The notes: a model not told the origin generated them from the letters alone. 46,424 bases of DNA from an uncultured Nitrospiraceae bacterium (GCA_964404225.1 CAYOJI010000001.1:1-46424); one strand, 5' to 3'. Shown: positions 7,079 through 16,365, numbered from the stretch's first letter. Translations and numbers: made by a program.

Positions 7079-9787
7079 ATGTTTGACTTTATTATAAAAA
7101 AATCTTTAGCTAACAAAATAACACTTACTGTAGTGATAATAATTGTTTCTTTAATATTAGCTGAAATATATATGCGTATATATTTTGGGACAAGAGATAG
7201 ATTGGAGCTGATGACAATGCTTGCAAAAGAAACCGCTGCTTCAACGTACGCTGGCATTAAAAATCCTATGAGGGTTGGGGATAAAGAAGGCGTTAAGAAG
7301 ACACTCCTTGACATAAAGGAAAGAACCAAGGAAATAGATGTTTTTATATGTGATTTTTATCAGAGAATAAGTTATTCCACAAAAGAAGATGTGGTAACAA
7401 AAAAAGTAGTTGATGTTATAGAAAATAAAAATATATTAGTAAATTTAGACGAAGTATTAGAGAAAGGGGCTGAAATCCAAAGGTCATTTGAGGATGAAGT
7501 TGCTGGAAAAAGATATCTTGTTACCATCTTTCCCATACTAAATAACGAAGACTGCTATCACTGCCATGGTTCCACTAAGAAGGTTATTGGAGGGATGATT
7601 GTAAGGGTTGGTGCTGAAAAAGTTTACAAGACTGTTGCAGCTCAAAGAAATAGGACAATCTTTATAACCTTATTAGGATTATCTATTGCTATAACATTAA
7701 TATATCTAATGCTGAATAAACTTGTAAGAAGACCTGTTGAGAATTTGGTTGAAAAGGCAAAGAAGTTTGCTGAGGGTGATATGTCTGTTAAAGTAGAAGT
7801 AAAGACGCAAGACGAAATAGGAATTCTTGGCAACACTTTCAATTATATGGTCGAAAGTGTCTCTTCGACTAATAAAAAATTAGAGGAAGAAATAAAAAGG
7901 AAGACGGAATTATTGAATGAAAGAACGCGTCTTTTAACTTTACTCGAGGTAGCTAATAGAGAGCTCAGAGAACTCGACAGACTAAAATCTACATTTCTTG
8001 CCAATATGTCTCATGAACTTCGAACCCCAATGAATTCTATCATAGGTTATACAGACCTTCTACTTGATGGTGTCGATGGCCCTATAAATGAGGAGCAAGA
8101 AAAGAGCCTTCGAAAGATTGCCGCAAATGCACGGCATCTACTCCAGTTAATAAATGATGTCCTCGACATCTCCAAAATTGAATCAGGGAAAATGAAGTTA
8201 TCACCAAAAGAGATTGATATTAAGTGGTTAATTGACTCTGTTATACCTACTTTTGAACCAATGATAAAACAAAAAAATCTTTCTTTAAATATTGACATCG
8301 CTGAAAATATGCCTTTTTTATATGGTGATGAGGATAAAATAAAACAGATACTCATAAATCTTTTGTCTAATGCTGTGAAATTTACTCATCAAGGTGAGAT
8401 AACAGTAAGTGCCAAGGTATCAGAACGGGGAATCAAACCCGGCGAAGAACCAATATTTGCAGAGATCTGTGTAAAAGACACGGGCATAGGAATAAAAGAA
8501 GAATACATAGATAAAGTCTTTGATAAATTTGTTCAGCTAGACCTCACTACTGTCCGCCAATATGAAGGCACAGGACTCGGACTTAGTATCGCACGGGGTC
8601 TCGTAGCTCTACACAAAGGTATAATTTGGGGTGAAAGTAAGTTCGGGGAAGGGAGTAAATTCTGTTTTACAATACCCATCAAAAAAGAAATCCTTGAAAA
8701 ACCTGCTGAACCTGTCATAGAAACGAGAACGGCTGAAAAATTAGCCGACTATTTTGGTGTACCAGTCGAAACATTCTTAAAAGCTCCGGAATGTGCAGGT
8801 AAAAAAATTCGATGCTGGGAATATGTGCGTTGCGGACAACCAAGTTGTCCTGCTTATGGAAGCGAGGAAAATAGGTGTTGGTTGATACTGGGGACACATT
8901 GTGCTGGAATAAAAGTAGCTGCTTATCCTGAAAAAGTTGATTTCTGTAAAGGCTGTGAGCTTATAAAGATGCTTGTTACATGTCCTGAAGAAGAACATGA
9001 GCTTTTAGAATTTGTGCCAACTACTAAGGACATCGAAAAGAAGACTATACTGGCAATTGATGACAACCCCGAGGCAGTAGATATTATCAGGAAATATCTC
9101 GGGGATGAATACAATGTAGTTGGAATCTATAGCGGGGAAGAGGCCGTAAACAAGGCTAAAGAAGTAAAGCCTCTTGCTATAACTTTAGATATAATGATGC
9201 CTAAAAAAGATGGATGGCAGGTATTGCGAGAATTAAAGAGTACTCCCGAAGTTCAGGATATCCCAGTAATTATTCTTTCAATAGTTGATGACAAAAGGTT
9301 AGGATTCAGTCTTGGAGCTGCGGAATATATTGTTAAACCTGTTGAGAAACATATCTTATTACGAAAATTAAAGAATCTTGAAAAGATGAGAAAAATACAG
9401 CGTGTGTTAGTTGTTGATGATAATCGAGAAGATGTTCGACTAATAGGAAATGTTTTACAAGAAGCAGGTTATAAGGTATCAACTGCTTATAACAGTAAAG
9501 ATGCTATTAACTCTATAAAGGATTTTAGGCCTGATCTTATAGTCATGAATCCCATAGCACCAGAAGTAGGATTTGATGTAGTAGAATACCTAAAATCAGA
9601 AGACAACCTAAAAGCTATTCCTGTTATTATAATTACTCATAAAGATTTATCAGAAGAAGAAATAGACGAATTGAATGGGAGAATACAAGGAATACTGAAT
9701 AAAGGAATTTTGACTAAGGAAGACCTTTTGAATGAAATAAAAGATATCATAAGCAAAGCTAATAAAATTCAGCAAAGGAAAGATTAA
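7079..9787 (+). CDS. Hybrid sensor histidine kinase: periplasmic domain with CxxCH motif, HAMP, HisKA, HATPase_c, Cys-rich insert, two receiver domains
   Basis: 902 aa. TM1 aa ~15-32, extracytoplasmic region with CYHCH (aa 159-163, nt 7553-7567), TM2 aa ~193-212. HAMP (FAEGDMSVKVEVKTQDEIGILGNTFNYM). H-box FLANMSHELRTPMNSIIGY; N-box LLSNAVKFT; G-boxes DTGIGI and GTGLGLSIARGL. Nine Cys in aa 572-635. Receivers ILAIDDNPE...LDIMMPKKDG and VLVVDDNRED. Confidence 0.9.
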   Translation: MFDFIIKKSLANKITLTVVIIIVSLILAEIYMRIYFGTRDRLELMTMLAKETAASTYAGIKNPMRVGDKEGVKKTLLDIKERTKEIDVFICDFYQRISYSTKEDVVTKKVVDVIENKNILVNLDEVLEKGAEIQRSFEDEVAGKRYLVTIFPILNNEDCYHCHGSTKKVIGGMIVRVGAEKVYKTVAAQRNRTIFITLLGLSIAITLIYLMLNKLVRRPVENLVEKAKKFAEGDMSVKVEVKTQDEIGILGNTFNYMVESVSSTNKKLEEEIKRKTELLNERTRLLTLLEVANRELRELDRLKSTFLANMSHELRTPMNSIIGYTDLLLDGVDGPINEEQEKSLRKIAANARHLLQLINDVLDISKIESGKMKLSPKEIDIKWLIDSVIPTFEPMIKQKNLSLNIDIAENMPFLYGDEDKIKQILINLLSNAVKFTHQGEITVSAKVSERGIKPGEEPIFAEICVKDTGIGIKEEYIDKVFDKFVQLDLTTVRQYEGTGLGLSIARGLVALHKGIIWGESKFGEGSKFCFTIPIKKEILEKPAEPVIETRTAEKLADYFGVPVETFLKAPECAGKKIRCWEYVRCGQPSCPAYGSEENRCWLILGTHCAGIKVAAYPEKVDFCKGCELIKMLVTCPEEEHELLEFVPTTKDIEKKTILAIDDNPEAVDIIRKYLGDEYNVVGIYSGEEAVNKAKEVKPLAITLDIMMPKKDGWQVLRELKSTPEVQDIPVIILSIVDDKRLGFSLGAAEYIVKPVEKHILLRKLKNLEKMRKIQRVLVVDDNREDVRLIGNVLQEAGYKVSTAYNSKDAINSIKDFRPDLIVMNPIAPEVGFDVVEYLKSEDNLKAIPVIIITHKDLSEEEIDELNGRIQGILNKGILTKEDLLNEIKDIISKANKIQQRKD

Positions 9788-9789
9788 AA

Positions 9790-10212
9790 ATGGAAGAAAC
9801 TAAGAAAGTTATTCCGAGAAAAATCTTGATAGTGGAAGACAATCAGGACAGCCGTGAACTTGTTATAAAAATTTTAAAAAATAAAGGCTATCAAATGATA
9901 GAAGCTATTGATGGCGAAGAAGCTCTACAAAAGGCGATTTCTGAAAAACCTCATCTTATTTTAATGGATATTTCTATCCCAAAATTGGATGGATATGAAG
10001 TGACCAAAAGACTGAAATGCATGGAAGAATTCAAAGATGTACCTATCGTAGCTCTAACTGCTCATGCAATGAAGGGAGATCGAGAAAGGTTTATTTCTGC
10101 TGGATTTGAAGGATATATTTCAAAACCTATTAATATACACGAATTACCCAAACAGATAAGGGATTATCTGAGAGGCAAATGGGAGAGTATCTTAGATGAA
10201 CAGGAAGAATAA
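9790..10212 (+). CDS. Stand-alone CheY-like response-regulator receiver
   Basis: 140 aa. ILIVEDNQDSREL...LILMDISIPKLDGYEV...VALTAHAMKGD...SKPI. No output domain. Confidence 0.9.
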   Translation: MEETKKVIPRKILIVEDNQDSRELVIKILKNKGYQMIEAIDGEEALQKAISEKPHLILMDISIPKLDGYEVTKRLKCMEEFKDVPIVALTAHAMKGDRERFISAGFEGYISKPINIHELPKQIRDYLRGKWESILDEQEE

Positions 10213-11257
10213 GATACTAATAGTTGATGATGCAGTAGATACTGTAGATCTTCTTAAAAAGAGATTCAGGTCAGAAGGCTATGATACAGAAGAAGCTTAT
10301 AATGGCGAAGAAGCCCTACAAAAGGTTCCAGAGTATAATCCTGATCTAATCGTATTAGACGTAATGATGCCAAAGATTGATGGATATGAAGTATGTCAGA
10401 GACTTAAGGCTGACGAGCATACAAAATATATACCAATTTTAATGCTTACAGCGAAGGGTGAAGTAGAACACAAAGTAAAAGGTCTGGATATAGGAGCAGA
10501 TGATTATCTTGCAAAGCCCTTTGATTATAAAGAACTCTCTGCACGGGTAAGGTCTTTACTTTCATTAAAAAAAGCGCATGAAAAAAAGGTTGAGTTAGAA
10601 AAATCAGGGGCTCTTGAACAGATGATGGATCAAGTGGCACATGAAATTAGGAATCCTTTAACATCCATAGGTGGCTTCGCAAGAAAGGTATATAATCGAC
10701 TCCCAGCATATGATCCAAATAAACAATACATGCAAATGATTATAGAAAATGTATCTGTTCTCGAAAATATGATTAAACAACTTATTGAACTTAAAACCAT
10801 GGCAATATCATATAAAGAACCTTCGAATATTAATGATATTGTTAAAGAATCCATTAAGTTATTTGAAAGGGAATTTTTACAAAAAAATATTCATGTTGAA
10901 ATGGAATTAGCTGAGGATCTTCCCCTTTTAAACATGGATAAAAAGCTTTTAAAGAGAGCTATATGTAACATTATAAAAAATGCTATCGAAGCATTAGAAA
11001 CACCAACAAGGATATTAAAGGTTATCACAAAAATGAATGATAAAAACTTGATTTTGCAAATATCAGATACAGGAAAAGGAATATCAAAAGACAAGCTAAA
11101 AACTATTTTTGATCCTCTTGTAACATCAAAGGTTTACGGACCCGGGCTTGGCCTTACTTTTTCTCAGAAAATAATTCAGGAACATGGTGGTAATATTTCT
11201 GTAGAAAGTGAACTAGATAAAGGCACTACCTTTACAATAACCTTCCCCATTGAGTAA
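10196..11257 (+). CDS. Receiver-histidine kinase (REC-HisKA-HATPase_c, no sensor domain)
   Basis: 353 aa. ILIVDDAVDT...LDVMMPKIDGYEV...MLTAKG...AKPF. H-box VAHEIRNPLTSIGGF; N-box IIKNAIEA; G-boxes DTGKGI and GPGLGLTFSQKI. Overlaps the preceding gene by 17 nt. Confidence 0.9.
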   Translation: MNRKNKILIVDDAVDTVDLLKKRFRSEGYDTEEAYNGEEALQKVPEYNPDLIVLDVMMPKIDGYEVCQRLKADEHTKYIPILMLTAKGEVEHKVKGLDIGADDYLAKPFDYKELSARVRSLLSLKKAHEKKVELEKSGALEQMMDQVAHEIRNPLTSIGGFARKVYNRLPAYDPNKQYMQMIIENVSVLENMIKQLIELKTMAISYKEPSNINDIVKESIKLFEREFLQKNIHVEMELAEDLPLLNMDKKLLKRAICNIIKNAIEALETPTRILKVITKMNDKNLILQISDTGKGISKDKLKTIFDPLVTSKVYGPGLGLTFSQKIIQEHGGNISVESELDKGTTFTITFPIE

Positions 11258-11291
11258 ATTGTCAACTTAATCCATATTATTCACAAAAATT

Positions 11292-11399
11292 TTGGTAGAT
11301 GCAGTATTTGAGCGGTTTTAAATTCTTTCGAAGAAAGAATTTTCCTCGGAGGCTCGATTATATCGAGCCGAGAATGAGCGAAAATACTGCATCTGCCAA
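11292..11399 (+). other. 108-nt three-helix palindromic element in a convergent intergenic spacer (candidate 3' structured RNA, complex terminator or MITE-like repeat)
   Basis: 18-bp closing stem 11292-11309 / 11382-11399 with one T:G pair (a wobble only on the plus-strand transcript). Inner hairpin AAATTCTTTC-GAA-GAAAGAATTT. Inner hairpin GGCTCGAT-TAT-ATCGAGCC flanked by CTC/GAG. Confidence 0.4.
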
Positions 11400-11456
11400 T
11401 TACTCATGAATTTATGAATAAAGTGGGGTAACTAAACCGAAAATACATCTAACCTT

Positions 11457-12173
11457 CTATCTTACAGACTTCATTGTGCGCAGCCTTGCAATTTCTTCCT
11501 GATACCCATAAATATGTGCTCCAGCACTGTATGCATACATAGGTCCATTTTTTAATGACGTTTCTGAAGCAATATATTGTTTCAAAAGCTCTATCCCGCC
11601 AAGATTGGTTGGAAATCCTGCCCAAAGGTCCCACGACCTGAAATAAGCACTTACAGTTAAAACTAACTCATTATTTAATGGTATAACTTTAAAATCGAGT
11701 AACCTTAAACATGGAGGGTCAAGTTTTCCGTCATTTCCGTAACAGGTATCAAGGTCATGAGGTGTAGCAATTTCTATAACTGCTTGATTAGTCAAAGGTG
11801 TATCTTTTAGCATCTCTACTACACGTTCAAACTGGGTACCACCCTTTGGCATCTTACTATGTATCCTGCTTGCATAAGTGTATGTCTCATTCTCTGATAT
11901 TTCGGGATTCATAAGATAATTAGCAAAATAATCTTCTATGTACTCCATGGTTGTAGGTGCAGGTATACCTGAATTAGGTGGCATGGTTGGCACCATCTCA
12001 TAATAAGGATGTTCTATATATACAGCTATCCCTGGATATTGAATTCGATATTGTTCATTCTCAAAGGAGCCTTTCTGAACCCTTTGTAGATAAGCTTTAT
12101 CAAATAAATTATAAATAAGCTGAAACCACGCATCAGAAATAGTCTTTGCTAATAAAAAAAATGGAACCATCAT
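11457..12173 (-). CDS. Thymidylate synthase (ThyA) superfamily protein, short archaeal-like form
   Basis: 238 aa. PPCLRLLDFKV (catalytic-Cys context, compare PCHxxxQFYV). YFRSWDLWAGFPTNLGGIELL (compare RSxDxxLGxPFN). GAHIYGYQ (compare DxHxY). Shorter and more divergent than classical bacterial ThyA. Confidence 0.7.
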   Translation of the reverse strand: MMVPFFLLAKTISDAWFQLIYNLFDKAYLQRVQKGSFENEQYRIQYPGIAVYIEHPYYEMVPTMPPNSGIPAPTTMEYIEDYFANYLMNPEISENETYTYASRIHSKMPKGGTQFERVVEMLKDTPLTNQAVIEIATPHDLDTCYGNDGKLDPPCLRLLDFKVIPLNNELVLTVSAYFRSWDLWAGFPTNLGGIELLKQYIASETSLKNGPMYAYSAGAHIYGYQEEIARLRTMKSVR

Positions 12174-12360
12174 ATTTATCCCTTATTTTATATAATTTTA
12201 TATAATTTATTATTTGATCCAAAAATTGCAATTTAAATTAATCATAAATTCTTTACAAAATTAAACTAAAACTGTAACATTAATACACTGAAGTTTTTGC
12301 GTAGGGAGGTGATAGAATATATAATCCTTTTTCATTTTTATATATCTACTTAGGAGGTGA

Positions 12361-12807
12361 ATGATAATGAAAGTTAGCGAGGTTATGACAAAAAAGGTTT
12401 ATACAATCGGTCCGAACAATAAATTAAGAGATGCTGCCGAAGAAATGAATAAGCATAAAACGAATGGTCTTGTAGTAGTTGAAGATAATAAGGTTATAGG
12501 TGTGATTACCAAGGCAGATATTTTTAAGGCTATCTTACCACGTTATCCGGATATCATTGAGGATGAAAGGCATATGACAGATCTTGAATACATCGAGGAG
12601 CGTGCCCATAAGCTTTATGAAATGCAAGTAAGCGAAATAATGGGAGCACCTCCTATTACCATAAGCAGTGATACACCAATAGTAAAAGCAGGCTCAACAA
12701 TGATTCTTCGGAGAGTAAAGCAATTACCTGTTGTTGATAATGGAAAACTTGTTGGTATTATTACACTTACTGATATCATTAACCATCTTCTAAAAAAAAT
12801 AAAATAG
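12361..12807 (+). CDS. CBS-domain pair protein
   Basis: 148 aa with two CBS repeats (VMTKKVYTIGPNNKLRDAAEEMNKHKTNGLVVVEDNKVIGVITKADI and IMGAPPITISSDTPIVKAGSTMILRRVKQLPVVDNGKLVGIITLTDI). GGAGGTGA SD spacing favours the ATG at 12367 as the true start. Confidence 0.85.
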   Translation: MIMKVSEVMTKKVYTIGPNNKLRDAAEEMNKHKTNGLVVVEDNKVIGVITKADIFKAILPRYPDIIEDERHMTDLEYIEERAHKLYEMQVSEIMGAPPITISSDTPIVKAGSTMILRRVKQLPVVDNGKLVGIITLTDIINHLLKKIK

Positions 12808-12844
12808 GTCAATAATTTTTCTTCAGAGTTCAAAAGATTGGTAT

Positions 12845-12894
12845 GGTAGACTTTGGAAAAAGGTTAATCTTAAAGTCTACCTGCCTTCTTTTGG
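12845..12894 (+). terminator. Putative intrinsic (possibly bidirectional) terminator between the CBS gene and the convergent ABC permease
   Basis: Perfect 10-bp stem GGTAGACTTT (12845-12854) / AAAGTCTACC (12872-12881) with a 17-nt loop, followed by TGCCTTCTTTTGG. Confidence 0.45.
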
Positions 12895-12900
12895 ATAATC

Positions 12901-13665
12901 TTATCCTCTTCTTTCAAATGCCTTGCCTGCCAAGGCAACGAATGCAATGGATGAAAAAATAATTACTGTCAAACTATTTAAGACAGAAAAGTCTGGACCC
13001 ATATAGCCACTTTCTGGTGGGAAGATTGCATATTTAAGTATATCAATCCCATATGTTAAAGGGTTTATCTGCGCTACTATTTTAAGTATATCTGGGAGAA
13101 GTTTTACTGGATACATTGCACCAGAAAGAAAGAACATGGGCATTATAATAAAATTCATAATAACGCTAAAACTTTCATAACTGTCATAAAATGTGGCAAG
13201 AACTATCCCAAAAGACGAAATGCAAAAAGAAACAGCAAAACATATTAAGATCACGGTCATTATTTGGAGTAGATTTAATTGAAATCCTAAAAATGGAAAG
13301 AGTGCTAAGATAATCATTGCCTGCATTGTAGAAACTAATGTTCCACTTAATGCCTTTCCAATAACTATTGAAATTCTTGATACCGGAGCTACCAGAATCT
13401 CTTTCATGAAACCAAATTCTTTGTCCCATATAATCGATATAGATGAAAACATAGAACTAAAGAGTATAGTCATTCCAATTATGCCAGGGAAAATAAATTG
13501 AGTATAGGGCATACCAGCCTCCCGAGGTACTAATCTGGATATGCCAGCACCTACTATAAAGAGCCATAATAAAGGTCTTGCTATCGCAGAAAAAAGACGG
13601 CTTTTTTCTCTAAAAAATTTTTTAAGCTCTCTTGCAACTATTACGTAGATTACATTTAACTCCAT
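12901..13665 (-). CDS. ABC-2 type transporter permease
   Basis: 254 aa with six predicted hydrophobic helices. N-terminal RELKKFFREKSRLFSAIARPLLWL is typical of the ABC-2 family. Follows an ABC ATPase. Confidence 0.85.
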   Translation of the reverse strand: MELNVIYVIVARELKKFFREKSRLFSAIARPLLWLFIVGAGISRLVPREAGMPYTQFIFPGIIGMTILFSSMFSSISIIWDKEFGFMKEILVAPVSRISIVIGKALSGTLVSTMQAMIILALFPFLGFQLNLLQIMTVILICFAVSFCISSFGIVLATFYDSYESFSVIMNFIIMPMFFLSGAMYPVKLLPDILKIVAQINPLTYGIDILKYAIFPPESGYMGPDFSVLNSLTVIIFSSIAFVALAGKAFERRG

Positions 13666-13753
13666 TTCTTTCCGATATAACTAAACATAAGACCGGATGC
13701 TGAAAACACAATGAGAATTTTGAATTTATCCATAAAATTATTGAATGATATTT

Positions 13754-14731
13754 TTATAATCTCCTTCTATATGCACGTATAGATTCCTTGATTGTATATT
13801 CGTCAGATACATCTTCTTCTCTTATTGTCTTGCCTGTGAGTTTAAGAAAAACATCATTGAGCGTTGGTCTCTGTATTCTTACAGATATAACTTTATCTCC
13901 GAGTTTCCTGATCATTTCAGGTATACAAGTAGACCCTATCGGACAGGTCACAAAGAGCTCGTCTTTTTTCTCCGATACATTAAATCCCAAAAAAGACTCT
14001 ATCTCGCTTTTTAAATTTTTATTGTCAGTAGTTCTTATATAAACAATCTCGCCACCAAGAATCTTTTTTAATTCATCAGGACTACCAGTGGCAATTATCT
14101 TTCCGTGATCAATTATTGAGATCTGATTACAAACTTCTGCCTCCTCCATATAGTGAGTTGTCATAAATATTGTTACACCATTTTTTTTAGGCAGTTCTAT
14201 TATAAATTCCCACAGATTTGCCCTACTTTGAGGGTCTAATCCAAGTGTAGGTTCATCAAGGAATAATACTTTTGGATTATGGATCAATCCCCTTGCGACT
14301 TCAAGTCTCCGTTTCATACCGCCCGAAAATCTCTTTACAAGATCATCCCTTCTTGAATAGAGACCAACGAACTTTAAAATATCTATTACGCGTTTTTTTC
14401 TTTCATTCTTGGGAACTCCATAGAGATAGGCATGAAATATAAGATTTTCAAATGCTGTTAGGTCTTTATCAAGTGTTGTATCCTGAAAAACTATCCCTAT
14501 AGCCTTTCTTACTTGTTCAGGCTCTTTCATACAGTCGTGTCCTGCTATAAAAGCCCTTCCAGAAGTGGGAGAAAGAAGTGTGCACAATATATTTATCGTT
14601 GTAGTCTTTCCTGCTCCATTAGGTCCGAGAAAGCCAAATATTGTGCCTTCTTCTACTGTAAAAGAAATATTATCAACAGCAGTTATGTTACCAAATTTTT
14701 TTACTAAGTTTTCTACTTCAATTATTGACAA
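13754..14731 (-). CDS. ABC transporter ATP-binding protein (DrrA/ABC-2 exporter type with C-terminal extension)
   Basis: 325 aa. Walker A GPNGAGKTT; Q-loop; signature FSGGMKRRL; Walker B LFLDEPTLGLD; H-loop TTHYMEEA. Confidence 0.92.
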   Translation of the reverse strand: MSIIEVENLVKKFGNITAVDNISFTVEEGTIFGFLGPNGAGKTTTINILCTLLSPTSGRAFIAGHDCMKEPEQVRKAIGIVFQDTTLDKDLTAFENLIFHAYLYGVPKNERKKRVIDILKFVGLYSRRDDLVKRFSGGMKRRLEVARGLIHNPKVLFLDEPTLGLDPQSRANLWEFIIELPKKNGVTIFMTTHYMEEAEVCNQISIIDHGKIIATGSPDELKKILGGEIVYIRTTDNKNLKSEIESFLGFNVSEKKDELFVTCPIGSTCIPEMIRKLGDKVISVRIQRPTLNDVFLKLTGKTIREEDVSDEYTIKESIRAYRRRL

Positions 14732-16327
14732 CTATTGGTACCATTCTATCTTATTTTTTGGCACATACCAGTGAATGAAATTATGCCATATTCCAATCGG
14801 TGCCCTTTCAACCCCCTTAAATCTTTTATGGAGAATAGGAAGGGCATCAGGCACGTAAAGAAATGTGCAAGGCTGTTCTTCAGCAAGAATTTCATGTATT
14901 CTGTGATATATCTTTTTTCTTTTTTCGAGATCAAATGTCCTTCTCCCCTCAAGTAAAAGTCTGTCAACCTCTTCATTTTTATAAGAAATAAAATTGAATT
15001 CCCCTTCCCTCGTCTTCGAAGAATGCCATATATCGTAAATATCAGGATCTCTTGAAAGCGCCCAGCCCATAATGACTGCTTCAAAACGTTTCTTGTCAAT
15101 AAATTCATGTAGTAGTGCTTGCCATTCCAAAACCTTTATACTCATATCAATACCAATTTTTTTAAGATTTTCTTTTATTATCTGAGCTGTTTTTAACCTG
15201 GCTTCGTTCCCCTGATTGACAAGAACAGTAAATTTAAAAGGTTCTCCATTTTTTTTGAGCACCCCATCTTCTCCTACCCTCCATCCAGCCTCATTTAAAA
15301 GCTCAATCGCCTTTTCGGGGCTATATTCATAGTCTTTTACATTTGGATTATAAGCCCATGATTCCGGTGGGAACGGACCTGTGCATGGATTACCAAATCC
15401 TAGCAAAACCCCAGCAATAATAGCCTTTTTGTCAATGGCATATGTTATAGCCTGTCTAACCCTTTTATCAGAAAATCTTTTATCGAGAAGATTATAGCCT
15501 AAATATGTATATCCAAAGGATGGGTATCTGAACTTTTGAAAATATCTTTTAAATAAATCACTATTTGCCTGAAGTTTATATTGAGGTGGGGTTAGACCCA
15601 TAAAATCTATTCCACCAAATTTTAATTCTAAAAACATCGTTGCAGTATCAGGTATAACCCTTGAAATAAATCTATCGATATTTGGTCTACCCTCAAAATA
15701 TTTGTCAAAAGCCTCCAAAACTATCTTTTGACCTGTAATCCATTCTTTTAATTTATAAGGACCTGTCCCAATAGGATTTCTGTTATAAAATTCGTTAGTT
15801 ATATCTTTTCCATCGAGTATATGTTTGGGTATTATACCCATTCCCCATGATTCAAGTGCTGGTGCGTAGGGTTCTTTATAAACAACTTTAACAGTATATT
15901 TGTCTAATGCCTCAACCTTCTCAACAGGACCATAATTACTGCTATAAGGTGTGGGAATCTTGGGATCAGTAACAGTTTTATAAGTGAATAGGACATCTTC
16001 TGATGTAAATTCTTTTCCATCATGCCAAAAAACATTTTTTCTTAAATGAAAAATTATAATGAGTCCGTCAGGAGATATTTCCCATGATTCTGCGAGGTCA
16101 CCTATGACTTTAATATTTTTATCATATTTCGTAAGACCATTATAAATCCAACCGCTTATATCTCCTGAAGCACTATCAGAGGCGAGAAGAGGAATCAATC
16201 TTTTTGCATCCGCAAGCGAGCCCACAGTAATAGTATTCGGGTTCTTTATTTCAGGTTCACGAGTGCAAGAAAATAATAATAAAAGAAATAACAAAAATAA
16301 TATAGATAGCCTTAAGTTTCTCGACAC
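14732..16327 (-). CDS. ABC substrate-binding lipoprotein, family 5 (peptide/nickel, OppA/DppA-like)
   Basis: 531 aa. Lipobox LLLLFSC. Family-5 blocks WHDGKEFTSEDVLFTY and NPIGTGPYKLKEW. GTG start. Stop abuts the ABC ATPase start with 0-nt gap. Confidence 0.88.
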   Translation of the reverse strand: MSRNLRLSILFLLFLLLLFSCTREPEIKNPNTITVGSLADAKRLIPLLASDSASGDISGWIYNGLTKYDKNIKVIGDLAESWEISPDGLIIIFHLRKNVFWHDGKEFTSEDVLFTYKTVTDPKIPTPYSSNYGPVEKVEALDKYTVKVVYKEPYAPALESWGMGIIPKHILDGKDITNEFYNRNPIGTGPYKLKEWITGQKIVLEAFDKYFEGRPNIDRFISRVIPDTATMFLELKFGGIDFMGLTPPQYKLQANSDLFKRYFQKFRYPSFGYTYLGYNLLDKRFSDKRVRQAITYAIDKKAIIAGVLLGFGNPCTGPFPPESWAYNPNVKDYEYSPEKAIELLNEAGWRVGEDGVLKKNGEPFKFTVLVNQGNEARLKTAQIIKENLKKIGIDMSIKVLEWQALLHEFIDKKRFEAVIMGWALSRDPDIYDIWHSSKTREGEFNFISYKNEEVDRLLLEGRRTFDLEKRKKIYHRIHEILAEEQPCTFLYVPDALPILHKRFKGVERAPIGIWHNFIHWYVPKNKIEWYQ

Positions 16328-16365
16328 CTCTTTTTGGAATTACCCGATTCCTTCTTCCTCACGCT

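Noticed and set aside
13666-13753. 23-aa ORF (MDKFKILIVFSASGLMFSYIGKKWS) on the minus strand between the ABC ATPase and permease genes.
   Set aside because: No convincing SD. It is very short and overlaps the permease start, so it cannot be distinguished from chance.
13184-15108. Same-strand alternative-frame ORFs 13184-13429(-) and 14746-15108(-), inside the ABC permease and SBP genes.
   Set aside because: They are out-of-frame overlaps of well-supported CDSs with implausible composition.
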